From assembly GCF_026571515.1 (NCBI RefSeq), contig NW_026859620.1, positions 186,001-250,000 on the forward strand: a stretch of DNA of 64,000 nt, read 5' to 3'. Below are positions 27,453 through 40,500 of the stretch, in pieces. Below the pieces are notes generated by a model, which saw nothing but the letters and a program-made list of their open reading frames with translations, was not told the DNA's origin and did no database searches. Positions within the stretch are counted from its first letter, which is position 1. Each line of letters opens with the position of its first letter. The translations under genes were made by a program, and so were the position numbers. This DNA comes from Ruditapes philippinarum (Eukaryota).

Positions 27453-27549
27453 AATTCCAGATGTATGTGAGTCACCAAATGTTAAAAAGGCCAAAGATCT
27501 AATCCAAGATTTGTCCCATATCAAAGACCAGGTGAAAGATTTGGTAGAG
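27453..27549 (+). CDS. KIAA0586: TALPID3 internal exon A (..IPDVCESPNVKKAKDLIQDLSHIKDQVKDLVE)
   Basis: TTTTCAG acceptor, GTAGGT donor, phase 2 to 0, open coiled-coil-like frame, phase-compatible with exon B. An alternative acceptor is possible at 27460. Confidence 0.7.
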
Positions 27550-28220
27550 GTAGGTAACCACATATATTACAAAAAAATCCAACTCAAGCATCTGCATTTA
27601 CATTATGATTTGCTTGAAAATCCACACAAGTACAGTAGTTTGAATTGTAGGGCATTTTTCAAGATCCATAGTAGCGGCATGGAATTTGTTTGAATTATTT
27701 AACCTTGTTAAGTACAAAAAAAACAACTGGTAAGCCTCGTAAGGTTTTATTAGCAATTTGTGTCTCCTCAGCTACTGGTTCAGTCCACCTGTGTAACTTT
27801 CATACATGTTTTTGAGGCTCTCTGACCAAGACCTTTAACTCTTTTTGTATGATTTTGCTGAATTACTCCCCCTTATAAACTTTAAAAATTCCTGCAAGAA
27901 GTTTAGTTTGATCTAAATTTGTTAGGTGAATTTGCTTTTTCATTTTCTTAGAGAAAAGTGTAGGCCACAGCTTACACAGCCTATTGGAAGCTGGGCCAGA
28001 TTGCATGGATGTGCATTTAAGAAATGCAGCATGTTAAGGGTTCAATAATGAAACAATTATCAAGAAAAAAAAGTTATTTAAGCTATTATAAGACACTTGC
28101 AGTCAATGTTTCATTATTTAAAAGCTGTCAAAATTTGCCATAATATCTAATTTACTCTATTAGTGATAAGATTTAACAATGTTTATGAAAATGATAAATT
28201 CAGTCAAATTTTGCGTAATA

Positions 28221-28394
28221 TAGTTAAACTTGTTAACAAAGGCCATTCAAGGAAGAGGCAAGACATGTCATTTATAGACAAGTGGTCTTTTTGTAGAGGT
28301 CATTTTGTTCTTGTAATAAATGAAGGGTCTCTAAGTGGCCTTTATACCCATAGTGATCTATATTCAGAGGCGGTCTGTAATACAGGTTTGACTG
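28221..28394. mobile_element. Degenerate Tc1/mariner(pogo)-type MITE
   Basis: Imperfect TIRs TAGTTAAACTTGT / ACAGGTTTGACTG with TA on both flanks. Confidence 0.45.
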
Positions 28395-28556
28395 TAATAT
28401 AAAAGTGTTCTACCCATGGTGAGTGTTTTGACATGTTTCCAGCTTTTTACATTATTATAAAATTTTTAAAAAAAAAGAAACATTGCATGTCTGAAGGCGT
28501 GCTGCTTCTGGACAGATTTTATTTTCAATAATTGTTGTTGTGTTGTTTTATTGCAG

Positions 28557-28610
28557 GAGAAGGAAAACTGGAAGATCATCACCAAGGATAATAGTATTCT
28601 AGTTCAACCA
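28557..28610 (+). CDS. KIAA0586: TALPID3 exon B (EKENWKIITKDNSILVQP)
   Basis: TTTTATTGCAG acceptor, GTAATA donor, 54 bp, phase 0-0. Confidence 0.6.
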
Positions 28611-30001
28611 GTAATATATCTTGATTTCTTTTCCGTCTTTTTGCCCTGATATATATAAATATATATATAAACTGTCAGCTAAACATACTTTTTATTCAAA
28701 ATTTTAATAAAACATGTCGTTTTCTCGTGCGGAAAATTATTATCACCAAAGTCCTTTTAGTAAAACAATAACACATTTTTGTAGCAGTCTGCATGGAAGG
28801 AAAGAAAGAAAACATTTTACTTATCTTTCACTTCAGATGAAAATAAATGACTGAATTGTGTTTTAAAATCTATTTAAATTTAAGGCTTTGTAGATGTCTG
28901 CATTTATAAAGGTTTGCTTTTAAACAAGGCTAGGAGATGAATGTACCAATTGCATTTTTTGTCGTGTTTTCCGTAGAAATTCTCATCAAATGCCGGAAAA
29001 AGCTTATATGAAATCTATATATTGTTCTTACCTAGGTCTTTAAAGGAATGGCTTTAAATGGAAGTATGCAGTTTGTCGTATAATGTTTGATAGTATATAT
29101 TATAAATGGAGAACCACGTTAAAGGTTTTATTCTCCTCCTCCGTCTGCTACTCATTAAAGTTTCACAATATTTCCATTTGCTTAAAAGCTGACATCGTCC
29201 TATATTATTAATGGCAGATGAAATCGACATCACAAATTTTGAAATTATTTATTGATGATTGAATAAATTGTTGCACAGTTGCAGAGGTTCTGCTTGATTT
29301 TGCTTTAATGATCATTGAAGTTATTCAGAATGTGGTCTGTTTGATTGGAACAAAGCTGTATAATCCTAATTTAATGAATAAATGTTATGAGTGAGGTACT
29401 ATAGCTGACACATTAAAACAGGCAGAAGGTCTTTAAATATTGTCAAAACTTTATTGAATTAAATATGAAAGATAGTGAAAGATTTTTTTCATGAATTTTG
29501 CAAAGAAAGTTTGCCAAGTATATTATTCTTTAAAGCAAAATAAACCACAAAATTTGACAATGTTTTGTATGAAAAAAAATGATCATTAATTTGAGGAGGA
29601 ATCTTAACTATTGGCCGTATTACATATTATAATACTGCATTTTTGTAATGTCGCTTTTCATCGGATAATCTTGACGTTTATATGGTTTTATATACAAGAC
29701 TGCTGTCAATTTTCTAAGAAATCTCACATTTTTCTCAAAACAGGAAGTTTTGCGGTATTAAACATTTAGCTGCTCGGATAATATTTCCAAAATGAGGCCA
29801 TATAGCCTGTCAAAAATCTTTATAACTAATAAATATATCAGTATGTAAGTTTTATATATAATACATGTACATAAATTCATAAAACATTTTGTAATATGAA
29901 AAAAATTTCATCTCACAATATTATAACTACTTGAATATTTACATAATTTGCTGATTTTGTACGTGTATATTTTGTAAATACGTAATACATTTTTTTTTCA
30001 G

Positions 30002-30067
30002 GAAGTGGGTAAGCCTGATATAAGTCATTCCAGTCATCTGGGTCCTTCACCCTTGGACAGCTATCTG
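30002..30067 (+). CDS. KIAA0586: TALPID3 exon C (EVGKPDISHSSHLGPSPLDSYL)
   Basis: Poly-T CAG acceptor, GTAAGT donor, 66 bp, phase 0-0. Confidence 0.65.
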
Positions 30068-32689
30068 GTAAGTGATCACAAGTGGGCTGAAGTGGTGACG
30101 TACTTTTGTCAATTTGATACGAAACTAATAAAATTTCTTGGTTCTTAGGTCCTCTCACATGAGATTTAACCTTTTGGTAATGAAAGAAATAATTGATAAG
30201 AAATGGTGGAGAAATATATAGTTAATTGTTCCTTCATTGTTCACTGTTTGTTTTTGGTCTGTACTAGTAAATGGAGAAATTGATATAAGTTTCATGCCTT
30301 GAAGCCACAAAAAGGGCCTTTGAAACATACTGGTCAAGATAACTGGGTTTTTGTCAGCAGCCATCTACTGCTATATGTTCAAATCTTATCCTGAATTTTG
30401 GATTTTTTGCATGTGAGCAAGTTATCCAAAAAGGTTACACAAAGTGGGTGTATCTGCTTAGGTGTCAGCGCCTGCCTGAAATAATGCACTAAGGTGTTCC
30501 TAAGGTGTTTATGGATGAGTAAAGTGAAAAAGTCACAATATGAACTTTAACATTGCCATTGTTACTTTTTAAAAAATGTTAGACTACAAAAAAAAATGGA
30601 AATATATGTAAAGTGTTGCATTATATTTTGAATTTTGGCATCAACTGTAGGAATTGAGTGGCTATTAAATTATTATGTTTTAAACTAATCAAAGCGGCCT
30701 TAAGCTTTTGTGTTTTTCTTGGAAAAACACGTGTTGTTTCAAACTAAGTATTTTAGTAATTTTATCTTGGAAAAGTGCATCATATTACTCTTAAACCTTC
30801 TTCAACACAGCATCCTGAGAGCTATTTTTAACGTGACTGTGACTTTCATTTCTAAAAATAGAAGATCGGGGAAACAAATCCTCCGCATTATTTATTTACA
30901 TATAGAGAGCAGACCTGTAGATTAGATTAGTAACGAGGGGTTTCCTTATTATTAATGTATTTTAATGACATTCTTTTCTTTTGACAATTATATGAAAAAA
31001 TATCTAAAAATAACATATTTAAACATTAGAAAAGCTTAAGGCCACTTTAGATAATTGCCGCAGTTTTTTTGTTTGTTTCGTTTTCACTTACATTAATATG
31101 CAAGATTAAACCATTAATTGTTATGTCATACCCTGAAGGCCATTGTAACTTTGAATGAAGTTTAAAGTAAGTAAGTACTATTAAGACTATAAATAAACAC
31201 ACTTAATACTTACTTCCAGTAGCTTGACACTTCACACTTTAAGTGTCAATACCAGGAATGCATCTATGCATCCTAAATGATCAAATCTTAAGTACATTTT
31301 TAAGGTTTGAAAGAACACTTGTTGACAACTTTAGTCCCTTCCCTGTTTTCCTTTTATTTTTGGTATTTTAAGGTACATTGCATGTACATTACATGACTTG
31401 TACTATTGGAAATGGGAATTTTAGCAATGCTTTGCTCAGTACTAGGAATTTAATATCTTCCGTGGTTGTCTTCAATACATCCACATATATCTTTATATGA
31501 AATTAGGTCATATGAACTTGTTAGTGCAGTAATGGGTTAACTCCTATTGAAATTTAATAGGAGTTAACCTGTTACTGCATTAAGATGTTGATTTATTTTA
31601 CAACAAATTACAATAACTATCTTTGGCACAATTATTTCAATTTTTTTTTTTTTTTTGGCCAACAACTGGAATTTTTTTTTTTTTTTTTTTTTTTTAAATA
31701 TCACTTTGGGATTGCTTTTGAATCCCTTTGGGTCAAGGTCACTATTTCTAAAAATAGAAAAATGATTTCTGGATGATAAATAGAACAAGGAATGAGATGT
31801 TGAAATCAAACTGTGTATATAACAAGCTTAGGTGGAGAACTCGGATTGCTTTTGGGCTCCCAAAGTCACTGTTACTTAAAATAGAAAAATGTTTTTCTGA
31901 CGATAAGTATAGACAGGAAATAAATATTGTAATCGAGCTTCTTATTAAGCAAGCTAAACTGCTTGGCTTCAGATGACTATTTTTGTACATATTATGCCCC
32001 TTTATATCTTTTTTTTTTAAACATGTTTTCCAGATGTTCCTTATATTTCTTTTTAACTAGGCAATTCCACATATTTCTCTTTTAATAAGGCAATGAATTG
32101 TTGTAAATATTGGTACGCAGATTACACAATGTAAAATACAGGAAGAGTTTAAATTTGGATCGAGATTACTAATATTTCCCATTGTTATGGTTGCATATGG
32201 GTGGTATGAATCACCTTTAGTGATAGCTCTAGTTTCATCTAAACAAATCTGAAATTGACAATTAAGACTGTTTCCTATTCTTGATACAAATATGACACTG
32301 GATATGGGGGTGTAAATTGTTCTTGAAAATGATGCCCACCTATATGGAAATGCAGTTTATGTGCTATTCAATGACCTGTCTCCCAGGAACGGTTTCAGGC
32401 CTCCTACACAGGTGTTATATAATACTGAAATTTTAAACTTGATAATAATAAAGTTCTATATTGGAAAGTGATATAATAGAAAAGCAGATTCTTATTTGAA
32501 ATTGAAATATTAGTTAGGCTTGGCCATTTTTATTGGTCTTTTTTTATAAGATATAATTGTCAGAACAATCTCTCTGCAAATCCTTGATGGAATTTGATGA
32601 TACTTTCCTTTATAAGTTTACTACTCATTTATCATGCTTCTTTGTAACTGTATAATCAAGCATTTACTGGACAAGTTCCCCTTGGTTTC

Positions 32690-33560
32690 AGGAGCATCCC
32701 TTTATTTAAGAAGCAAAAATTTGTTTTGGAAAAATCCATTGTTTTACTGGGAGCATCCAGTGCTTTGAAACATACATGCGTTTTGGAAGCGCCCATTGTT
32801 TAAGACATTATCCTGTAGTTTTGGAGCATACATTTGCTTTTGAAGCATCCATTGCTTTAGGGAGCATCCTGTTAGTTTGGGAGTATACATTTGTTTTTGA
32901 AGCATCCATTGCTTTAGGGAGCGTCCTGTTAGTTTGGGAGTATACATTTGTTTTTGAAGCATCCATTGCTTTAGGGAGCGTCCTGTTAGTTTGGGAGTAT
33001 ACATTTGTTTTTGAAGCATCCATTGCTTTAGGGAGCGTCCTGTTAGTTTGGGAGTATACATTTGCTTTTGAAGCATCCATTGCTTTAGGGAGCGTCCTGT
33101 TAGTTTAGGAGTCTACATTTGCTTGTTTAAGACAGTATCCTGTAGTTTTGGAGCATACCTTTGTTTTTTGGAAGCATCCATTGCTGTAGGGAGCATCCTG
33201 TAGTTTTGGAGTATACATTTTGTTTTGGAGCATTCATTGTTTAAGACAGTATCCTGTAGTTTTGGAGCATACATTTGTTTTTTGGAAGCATCCATTGCTG
33301 TAGGGAGCATCCTGTAGTTTGGGAGTTTACAATTTTTTTTGGAGCATCCATTGTTTAAGACACAATCCTGTAGTTTTGGAGTACAATTTTTTTTTGGAGG
33401 GTCGATTTGTTCTGGGGAGTGCCCAATGTTCCGAGAGCATCCTATAGCTTTGGAAGCATCCATTGCTATTGGTTAAGGGAGAATCTAATAATATAGGGAG
33501 CATCCAATAGATTATGGAGCATCCATTGGTCAAGGTAGTATGTATTGGTGCATCCAAAAA
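32690..33560. repeat. Minisatellite with a 19-bp basic unit (GGAGCATCC core) and a 57-bp higher-order unit
   Basis: Homogeneous 57-bp copies at about 32822-33115; this explains the 19-aa repeat ORFs on both strands. Confidence 0.9.
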
Positions 33561-33715
33561 GTCACTGATGTCTTAGTTAATTGGTCTGAGACACACAATT
33601 TGTTTGGACGTACATGCTTAAGATGAATATATTAATTTTATCATAAAAGTTGAAATTGCATTTACTGTAGAAAGTGTAAGAAGTACATATAACATGATAT
33701 TTTCAATATAAACGC

Positions 33716-35746
33716 CCATGCTTTTTGAAAACATTGTGTAACCTAGTTAATGAGTCATGAAAGAAATGAGAGAAAAAAAACGGGTTTTGAATAAATTTTC
33801 CTCATTCTATTTGCTTATTAGTATTCAGGTCACAGTCTAAATTTAAATTTGAGTACCAGTCAAGTCCCCACAGACTGTGTCCTAACAAATGGTAAAAGTG
33901 ATCACATGATTAATGTGAATGTATTGAAATTCATGTCACAGTCCACAGGCTGAGTGTCTGGTGTTTTAATTGTGGTGTTTTTTTTTATGTAATTTGTATT
34001 CATGGTTATACCCAGTTTTACATTATATAGATTACTAGACTCCCAGTTTCTTTGATGATTGAATGATTGTAAATGATACAATTATGGAAAAAGGAAAAAG
34101 CGTATTTACAAAGTTGTATCTACACATCTTATTTACGGCTTTAATATATAATTGCATCATTAATCATACTGTGTCATGATTGTTTGTGAAAAATTTCATT
34201 GAATATTTTTGTGTGTGAGAAGTTGACACACACAAGCACAATGAAATGTATGAATGGCTTTGATATAACAGGATTTTTTTGTTGATGATTCATAAATAAA
34301 AATGATATATCGTTTTATTATGGAGCTTTATATTGTAACAAAAGTTTTATTATGTTACCTATTATTTAGTTGTTTTTTTTATATTTTGTACGCAAGGTTA
34401 TATTTTTATTGTTGTTGTTTTTATAGAGATAGACATATTAAAATTGAAAAGGCAACTAATGTCTAAATAAATTTAGGAAATTATTTTTGGATTTAAAATC
34501 CATTATTATTTATTTGTTTAGTTATTTATTTATTTGTCTATTTTAGTTAGTTACTTAGTTTGTGAGTTGGTTGGTTTGTTTGTTTGTTCATTGGTTTGTT
34601 CCTTTGTTTGTTTGGTGGTTCATTTGTTTGTTTGTTCGTTTTTCATCTGTTTGTTAGTTAGTTAGTTAGTTAAACAACATAAATAATCAATTATTATTTT
34701 TTAAAGGTTTTGAATACACAAAAAAAAAGATTACAAAGAAAAGATAAAAAGTGTAAATATATCTTGAAATTACATCTGCTTAAATAATATATGTCATAGT
34801 TATTAATATTAAGTAAAACCACCTTGTTTAGAATTAAATTACCCCTTAACTTGCTGAATTCCTAAAATGGACTTGTCCAGCTTACAAATTGGAACTGTCC
34901 ATTATCAGTGTTGGGGATATCAAGATGAAAAGCCAACAGTATAAAGGCTGGTCCGTCTGCTCACATGTACAGGCTGGCCTGTGGCTCTATACTGGTGGCA
35001 AAAGCTTAAAACAATTGTTCAGTTGCATCAGTGTTACGTTTAAAATATGTCATATATATTCAGTTTTAATTAAGACCATAATTATTACATGTATATTAAG
35101 CCTAAATATTCACCCATGTGAAAGCAATTTATCATTCTGCCACTTTTAAACACAAAGGTATCTTTATAACCTTGGCTATGATTATAAATTATTTAAAGAG
35201 AAATGTTATATTTATATTTATTTTAATGTCTTCTACATCCTTATCAATTTGCATATCAGCCCATGCTTAGCTTTTCTGTTTTGAAAATACAATGTATTGT
35301 GTCACCTAGTTAATGAGTCATGATAATAAATTACATGGCAAAAAAGAAATGAGAAAAAAACACAGGTTTTTGAATAAATTTTCCTCATTCTATTTGCTTA
35401 TTAGTATTCAGATCACAGTCTAAATTTAAATTTGAGTACCAGTCAAGTCCCCACAGACTGTGTCCTAACAATTGTTGAAAGTGATCACATGATTAATGTG
35501 AATGTATTGAAATTCATGTCACAGTCCACAGGCTGAGTGTCTGGTGTTTTAATAGTGGTGTTTTTTTTATGTAATTTGTATTCATGGTCATACCCAGTTT
35601 TACATTATATAGATTACTAGACTCCCAGTTTCTTTGATGATTGAATGATTGTAAATGATACAATTATGGAAAAAGGAAAAAGCGTATTTACAAAGTTGTA
35701 TCTACACATCTTATTTACGGCTTTAATATATAATTGCATCATTAAT
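33716..35746. repeat. Direct duplication of ~450 bp (33716-34164 and ~35262-35746)
   Basis: Near-identical core from TTTTGAATAAATTTTCCTCATTC to ATTGCATCATTAAT, with copies about 1.58 kb apart. Confidence 0.92.
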
Positions 35747-35806
35747 AATATTGCTGTAAAAGCCGAGACCTGACAATGAATGAAATCTTTAAATTCAACA
35801 GTATTT

Positions 35807-36041
35807 GTGCCGCCTCACAACAAAACCAACATAGTGGGTTTGCGACCAGCATGGATCCAGACCAGCCTGCGCATCCGTGCAGTCTGATCAGGATCCATGC
35901 TGTTCGCTATCAGTTTCTCTACTTGTTATAGAGTTTGTAAGCGAACAGCATGGATCCTGATCAGACTGCGCAGATGCGCAGGCTGGTCTGGATCCATGCT
36001 GGTCGCAAACCCATTATGTTGGTTTTGTCATGACACGGCTC
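35807..36041. mobile_element. 235-bp foldback MITE, copy 2 (opposite orientation to copy 1)
   Basis: Same arms, with the central spacer reverse-complemented. TSD ATTT (35803-35806) and ATTT (36042-36045). Confidence 0.85.
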
Positions 36042-36643
36042 ATTTGTTATATAATTATGATAAATATCTTACGAAAATGGCTTTGTAAAAGTGACTCAGT
36101 GGCAAATTGTTCAAGGTCACCTATGTGGGTTTAAAATTCTTCCAGGGTTTTAAAATCATTTCTTGTTATGAATTTATTTTATTAACTTGCATAATATTGG
36201 TTAATCAATAAAGCCGAGGCACCCACTTTATAATTTTTTACACAAAAATAATGCTAGGACAGCTAAGCTTGGTGACTTAAAGCTTTTTCACTTGAGTGAA
36301 AGAAAAATTCCTGTCAGGATTTGAACCCACAGCGGTTAGTGGCAATTTATTCAAATGCAGTAATCCTAACTTTTAATTTGCTGAATTTGATTAATGGGTT
36401 AAGCCCTGCTTTTAATTTGGAACAGTCCATTAGAAGGTATTTTAAGGAATTTCAATATCAAAATACAAATAATGAGCTTAGCCACCTACAGTACAGAGCC
36501 GGGTCAGACTGCATGGTTGTGCAGGCTCAGGCCTGGCTGTATACAGGTAGCAAAGGCTAATCTCTTTCAGTTTCAGCAGTTGTAGGTTCGTACCATTCAG
36601 CTACAAAGTAAAGTTAAATTTGGCATTTTATTAATTTTGGAAA

Positions 36644-36835
36644 GGGGAGCAGTGGCCTAGTGGTTAAGGTGTCTGCCACTCAACCCAGAGATCATGGGCT
36701 CGAGCCCTACTCGGATCATGACCATGTTTTTTCATATGATACCAATACTCATTGGTTCTAGGAAGCGGACTCAAAAGTGATTAATATAAGTTATAAGAAC
36801 TTTTTTCACAATCAAGCTTAAATAAATATGTTAAA
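36644..36835 (+). mobile_element. Second tRNA-derived SINE family, degenerate
   Basis: GGGGAGCAGTGGCCTAGTGGTTAAGG A box, GGGCTCGAGCCC B-box-like motif, non-tRNA body and an AT-rich tail. Confidence 0.6.
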
Positions 36836-37549
36836 ATCACTTATTATTCTATATATCTACTTATTTGGGGGATGAAATAATATGGTTAATGAAAAAAAAT
36901 GAGTAATGAATCATTCTGATTGATAAAGTATGATATAAAAGTAAGACAATTAACAACAAAAAGTTTTTGTAAATTTCTTTAACATGGAAATAGAATGAAT
37001 GAAAATATGAGTCATACTTTATTTGTTTTGAGTAGTAATTAATTTCATTTAATATGGTTTAATTAATGTCATAATTTACGTCGTAAAAAGGAAATCAGTG
37101 TCTTACTTTTCAAATGTTTTCAATAATTTGCTAGCCAACTTTCTTTATTTCCTCCTGTCTTAATTGGCTTGAATGAACAATGTGAACATTGTAAGAAATT
37201 TTTATAGCAAAATATTGGTGGTGAAAAATATTTTTTTCTTTCTTTCTTTCTTTTTTTTTTTCTTTTTTTTTTCATATTTCTAAGAAATCAGTTGTTCCAA
37301 TTTTCTATAAAATTCTCTCTTTTACTGTTTCCTGGAAAACGGACCTGCTAAAACTTTTTTTTAAAATTTAATGAATATTATAAATTTAGAAATAAATGAA
37401 ATTAAATATTTTGGTCTTAAGTTACTATCTTATTTATATCTTCTCAGTTTATAGACAATATTTCATTATCTTAATAATTTTTAACATCTTATAGTTTTTT
37501 TTATTTATTTAAAGGAGAATTTTTATGACCATATTGAATATCAATATCA

Positions 37550-37822
37550 TTTTTAGCTTGTCTGTTTAGAAGAAAATGTCAAACTATTATCATCACAGCG
37601 ACGTTGTCATTGTTGTTGTTGCCGCGCATAAACTTTAAAATAGCCCATTATTCAAACATAGAAGGTATCATTATGATACTTGGAATACTTGCTTAAATCA
37701 TGATAAGGTGCAGATGTTAGACAAGGGGCATAATTCTGAAAGCAATGTTTTTGGAGTTGTGCCCCTTTTTAACTTTTTTTTTAACAGAGGAGCGTTAACA
37801 GTCTGCATTGGGTGCTCTTGTT
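37550..37822 (+). mobile_element. Short degenerate HINE-like element
   Basis: TTTTAGCT start, GTC/GTT microsatellite relic, one monomer-like segment, GCTCTTGTT end. Confidence 0.5.
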
Positions 37823-38059
37823 TCAAAAGATCCTTATTTCTTGTAAAGCTCTTTTTGCCAGTTAAAGTTAACAAGAAATCTACGATGCATTATTTGTTGA
37901 ACCTTTAACCTGCTGGAACCGTTCAAAATGATTAAAGCCTTTGCCAGCTGAGTATAGAAGCCTTGCCAGCCTGAAAATCTGTGCAGTCTTATCAGGCTCT
38001 AAACTTCTGCTAGGTCAGTTTTGGTATTCTGATTGAAATCCCTTACACTTTCAGTGGGA

Positions 38060-38495
38060 CCACTTGCCACTCACCACTGTGGCTTCGAATTCTAACAGGG
38101 ACTTTAGATTCTTTCATGTGAGGAAGCTATCCAGCTAGCTTATGGAATGACAGTGGTTCTACTCAGGTGCCCGTTCGTGCCTGAAATAATGTACGGAAGG
38201 GCACCTGAGGTCTTCCTCCACCAGTAAAGCTGGAACGTCGCGATATGACGTATACTTTGTGGAAGTGACGTAAAACCCAAAACAAACAAACAAACCAACA
38301 GGGACTTTGGATTCTTTCATGTGAGGAAGCTATCCAGCTAGCTTATGGAATGACATTGGTTCTACTCAGGTGCCTGTTCATGCCTGAAATAATTCATGGA
38401 AGGGCTTCTGAGGTCTTCCTACACCAGTAAAACTTGAATGTGACCATATGACCTATACTGTGTCGGTGTGACGTAAAACCCAATCAAACAAGAAA
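38060..38495 (+). mobile_element. Head-to-tail dimer of two 5'-truncated copies of the same SINE family
   Basis: Two bodies (about 38060-38296 and 38297-38495), each ending GTGACGTAAAACCCAA plus an (AAAC)n tail. Further decayed copies lie at about 30400-30560, 46495-46640 and 51380-51570. Confidence 0.82.
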
Positions 38496-39109
38496 CTTTG
38501 AAAGGACTGTCCCAAATTCAGAGCTTTGGCAAATCCAGACATAAATTCAGGCTAATTGTTAAAGTTATTGCATGGATATTTAGCGGACAAGAATGAGGAA
38601 ATTATGTAACATGTAAAATGTCTGGAAATTTCTCATATTTCCTCCTACAGCAATACTGCAGTCTCCCTGCGATAACACTGACAGCAGGTGTTCCTGATGG
38701 ACTGCCTTTTATAGAATAATGTGTATAAAGATTTATTTTTTTTTACAAAAATATTTAAGTATAAATCAGACTAAAAAAGACAACAAAAAAGACCCGTCAG
38801 ATGAAAATTGACTCCCACACATTTGAAAATTGAAAATTAAATTCTCCCACATTTCATTAAAATTTGATGTTTTAAATGTAGTTCTTGGAACGTTGCTGGA
38901 AATTGTATTGATTAATTAAATAATTTCTCAAGGTTTACCTTGTTAAATTAATCTAAAATCTTTCTCTGCATTCAGGTTGGTCTTATACGTTTGTTAATTT
39001 TCAGAGATTTTAGTTTTGAGATTTTAGAATCAAGCTACTAATATAGTCTAGTTTGAAGAAAAGAAGTACATGCTGATCCCGATTTGTACTGGTAATAATT
39101 CTTATAAAA

Positions 39110-39445
39110 GTCATTATTTCTACTACAAATTATCACTATAAATTATCACTGCAAATTGTCATTACAAAAAAATATAACTAAAAATTATCACCACAATTTT
39201 ATCAAAGCAAAATATAGCTACAAATTATCAATTCAAAACAAATTTGTAAATTATCACCTCAATTTAGCAAAAGAAATTGTCAATATAAATTATCACCACA
39301 CCTTGTCACTACAACTTATCAGTTCAAATTATTGATAAAATTATCAACAGAAAATATCACCACATGTTGTCACTACAAATTATCACTCCAATTTACCAAT
39401 GCCAATTAGCAGTACAAATTATCTCTACAATTATCACCACAAAAA
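39110..39445. repeat. Degenerate 13-bp minisatellite (AAATTATCACTAC)
   Basis: Visible tandem repeats. Confidence 0.75.
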
Positions 39446-40225
39446 GTTTATTTGATTTTTTTAATTAGTGAGAAAAATCAGCATTAGGTGGGAGAAGTGC
39501 ATTATTAACTACATTTGTAGCTGTAAGTATTTTTTTTATGTCTTTTTTTGTATGAATCTTGAAGAAATTTGCTGGTTTTATCTTTTTTATTTTTTCCTGT
39601 GGCGTACATTTGAATAAGTTAAAGAGGTTAAACAAAAACCTTCAAAAAGGCCTTCACAAAACCAAATTTATCGTAATTTTATGAATATAAATTTTTTCCC
39701 ATTCATATTATGCAAATATATTTTTTTTATGGAAAGATATACAATTTCATACCAAAAGCAGTGACTTATATATGTAAATAAAGATGCATAGATGATTCAT
39801 ATTTGAACTAGGTCTGTTGCTAAGTAAAATCACCCACATGTTACATTGCTACATAAAGCCACAGAGAATGTAAATAAGATTTTGATTTATTTGTTTGTAA
39901 ATGGTTTAACATTGTTTTCAATGGTATTTTACTTTACGTAATGACAGTTGTTTTGACTTTACTACCTGGGCTAATGTTAAGTTTATTTACTGACAGATCT
40001 CTTACCCCACTTCAAATCCACCCCCTAATGTGAGCAAATATGTTTTATTACTAGAGAAACATTGTCGGAAATTAAATACAGTACTTTATGGTTTAGTATT
40101 TACATATACTTTTTTTTTCTTTTTTTTATTGGGGGAGGGGGGTCAATATTTTACATGTATCTTACAATGGTATTTGATCTATAAAGTAAATTTACATTGC
40201 TACATTTTATTAGTTAAAAGGTAAG

Positions 40226-40500
40226 TGTAAGGTTGTATGCTCAGATAAAAGTTCAAAGATTGTATGCTCAAAGGTTGTATGTTCAGATAAAAGATCAAAG
40301 GTTGCATGCTCAGATAAAAGATCAAAGGTTGCATGCTCAGATAAAATATCAAAGGTTGCATGCTCAGATAAAAGATCAAAGGTTGCATGCTCAGATAAAA
40401 TATCAAAGGTTGCATGCTCAGATAAAAGATCAAAGGTTGCATGCTCAGATAAAAGATCAAAGGTTGTATGCTCAGATATAAGATTGAAGGTTGTAAACTA
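40226..40500. repeat. 27-bp minisatellite (AAGGTTGCATGCTCAGATAAAAGATCA)
   Basis: About 10 copies; explains the 9-aa repeat ORFs. Confidence 0.92.

Noticed and set aside
32744-33557. Repeat-protein-like ORFs on both strands (also 40200-40520)
   Set aside because: Produced by 57-bp and 27-bp minisatellites whose unit length is a multiple of three.
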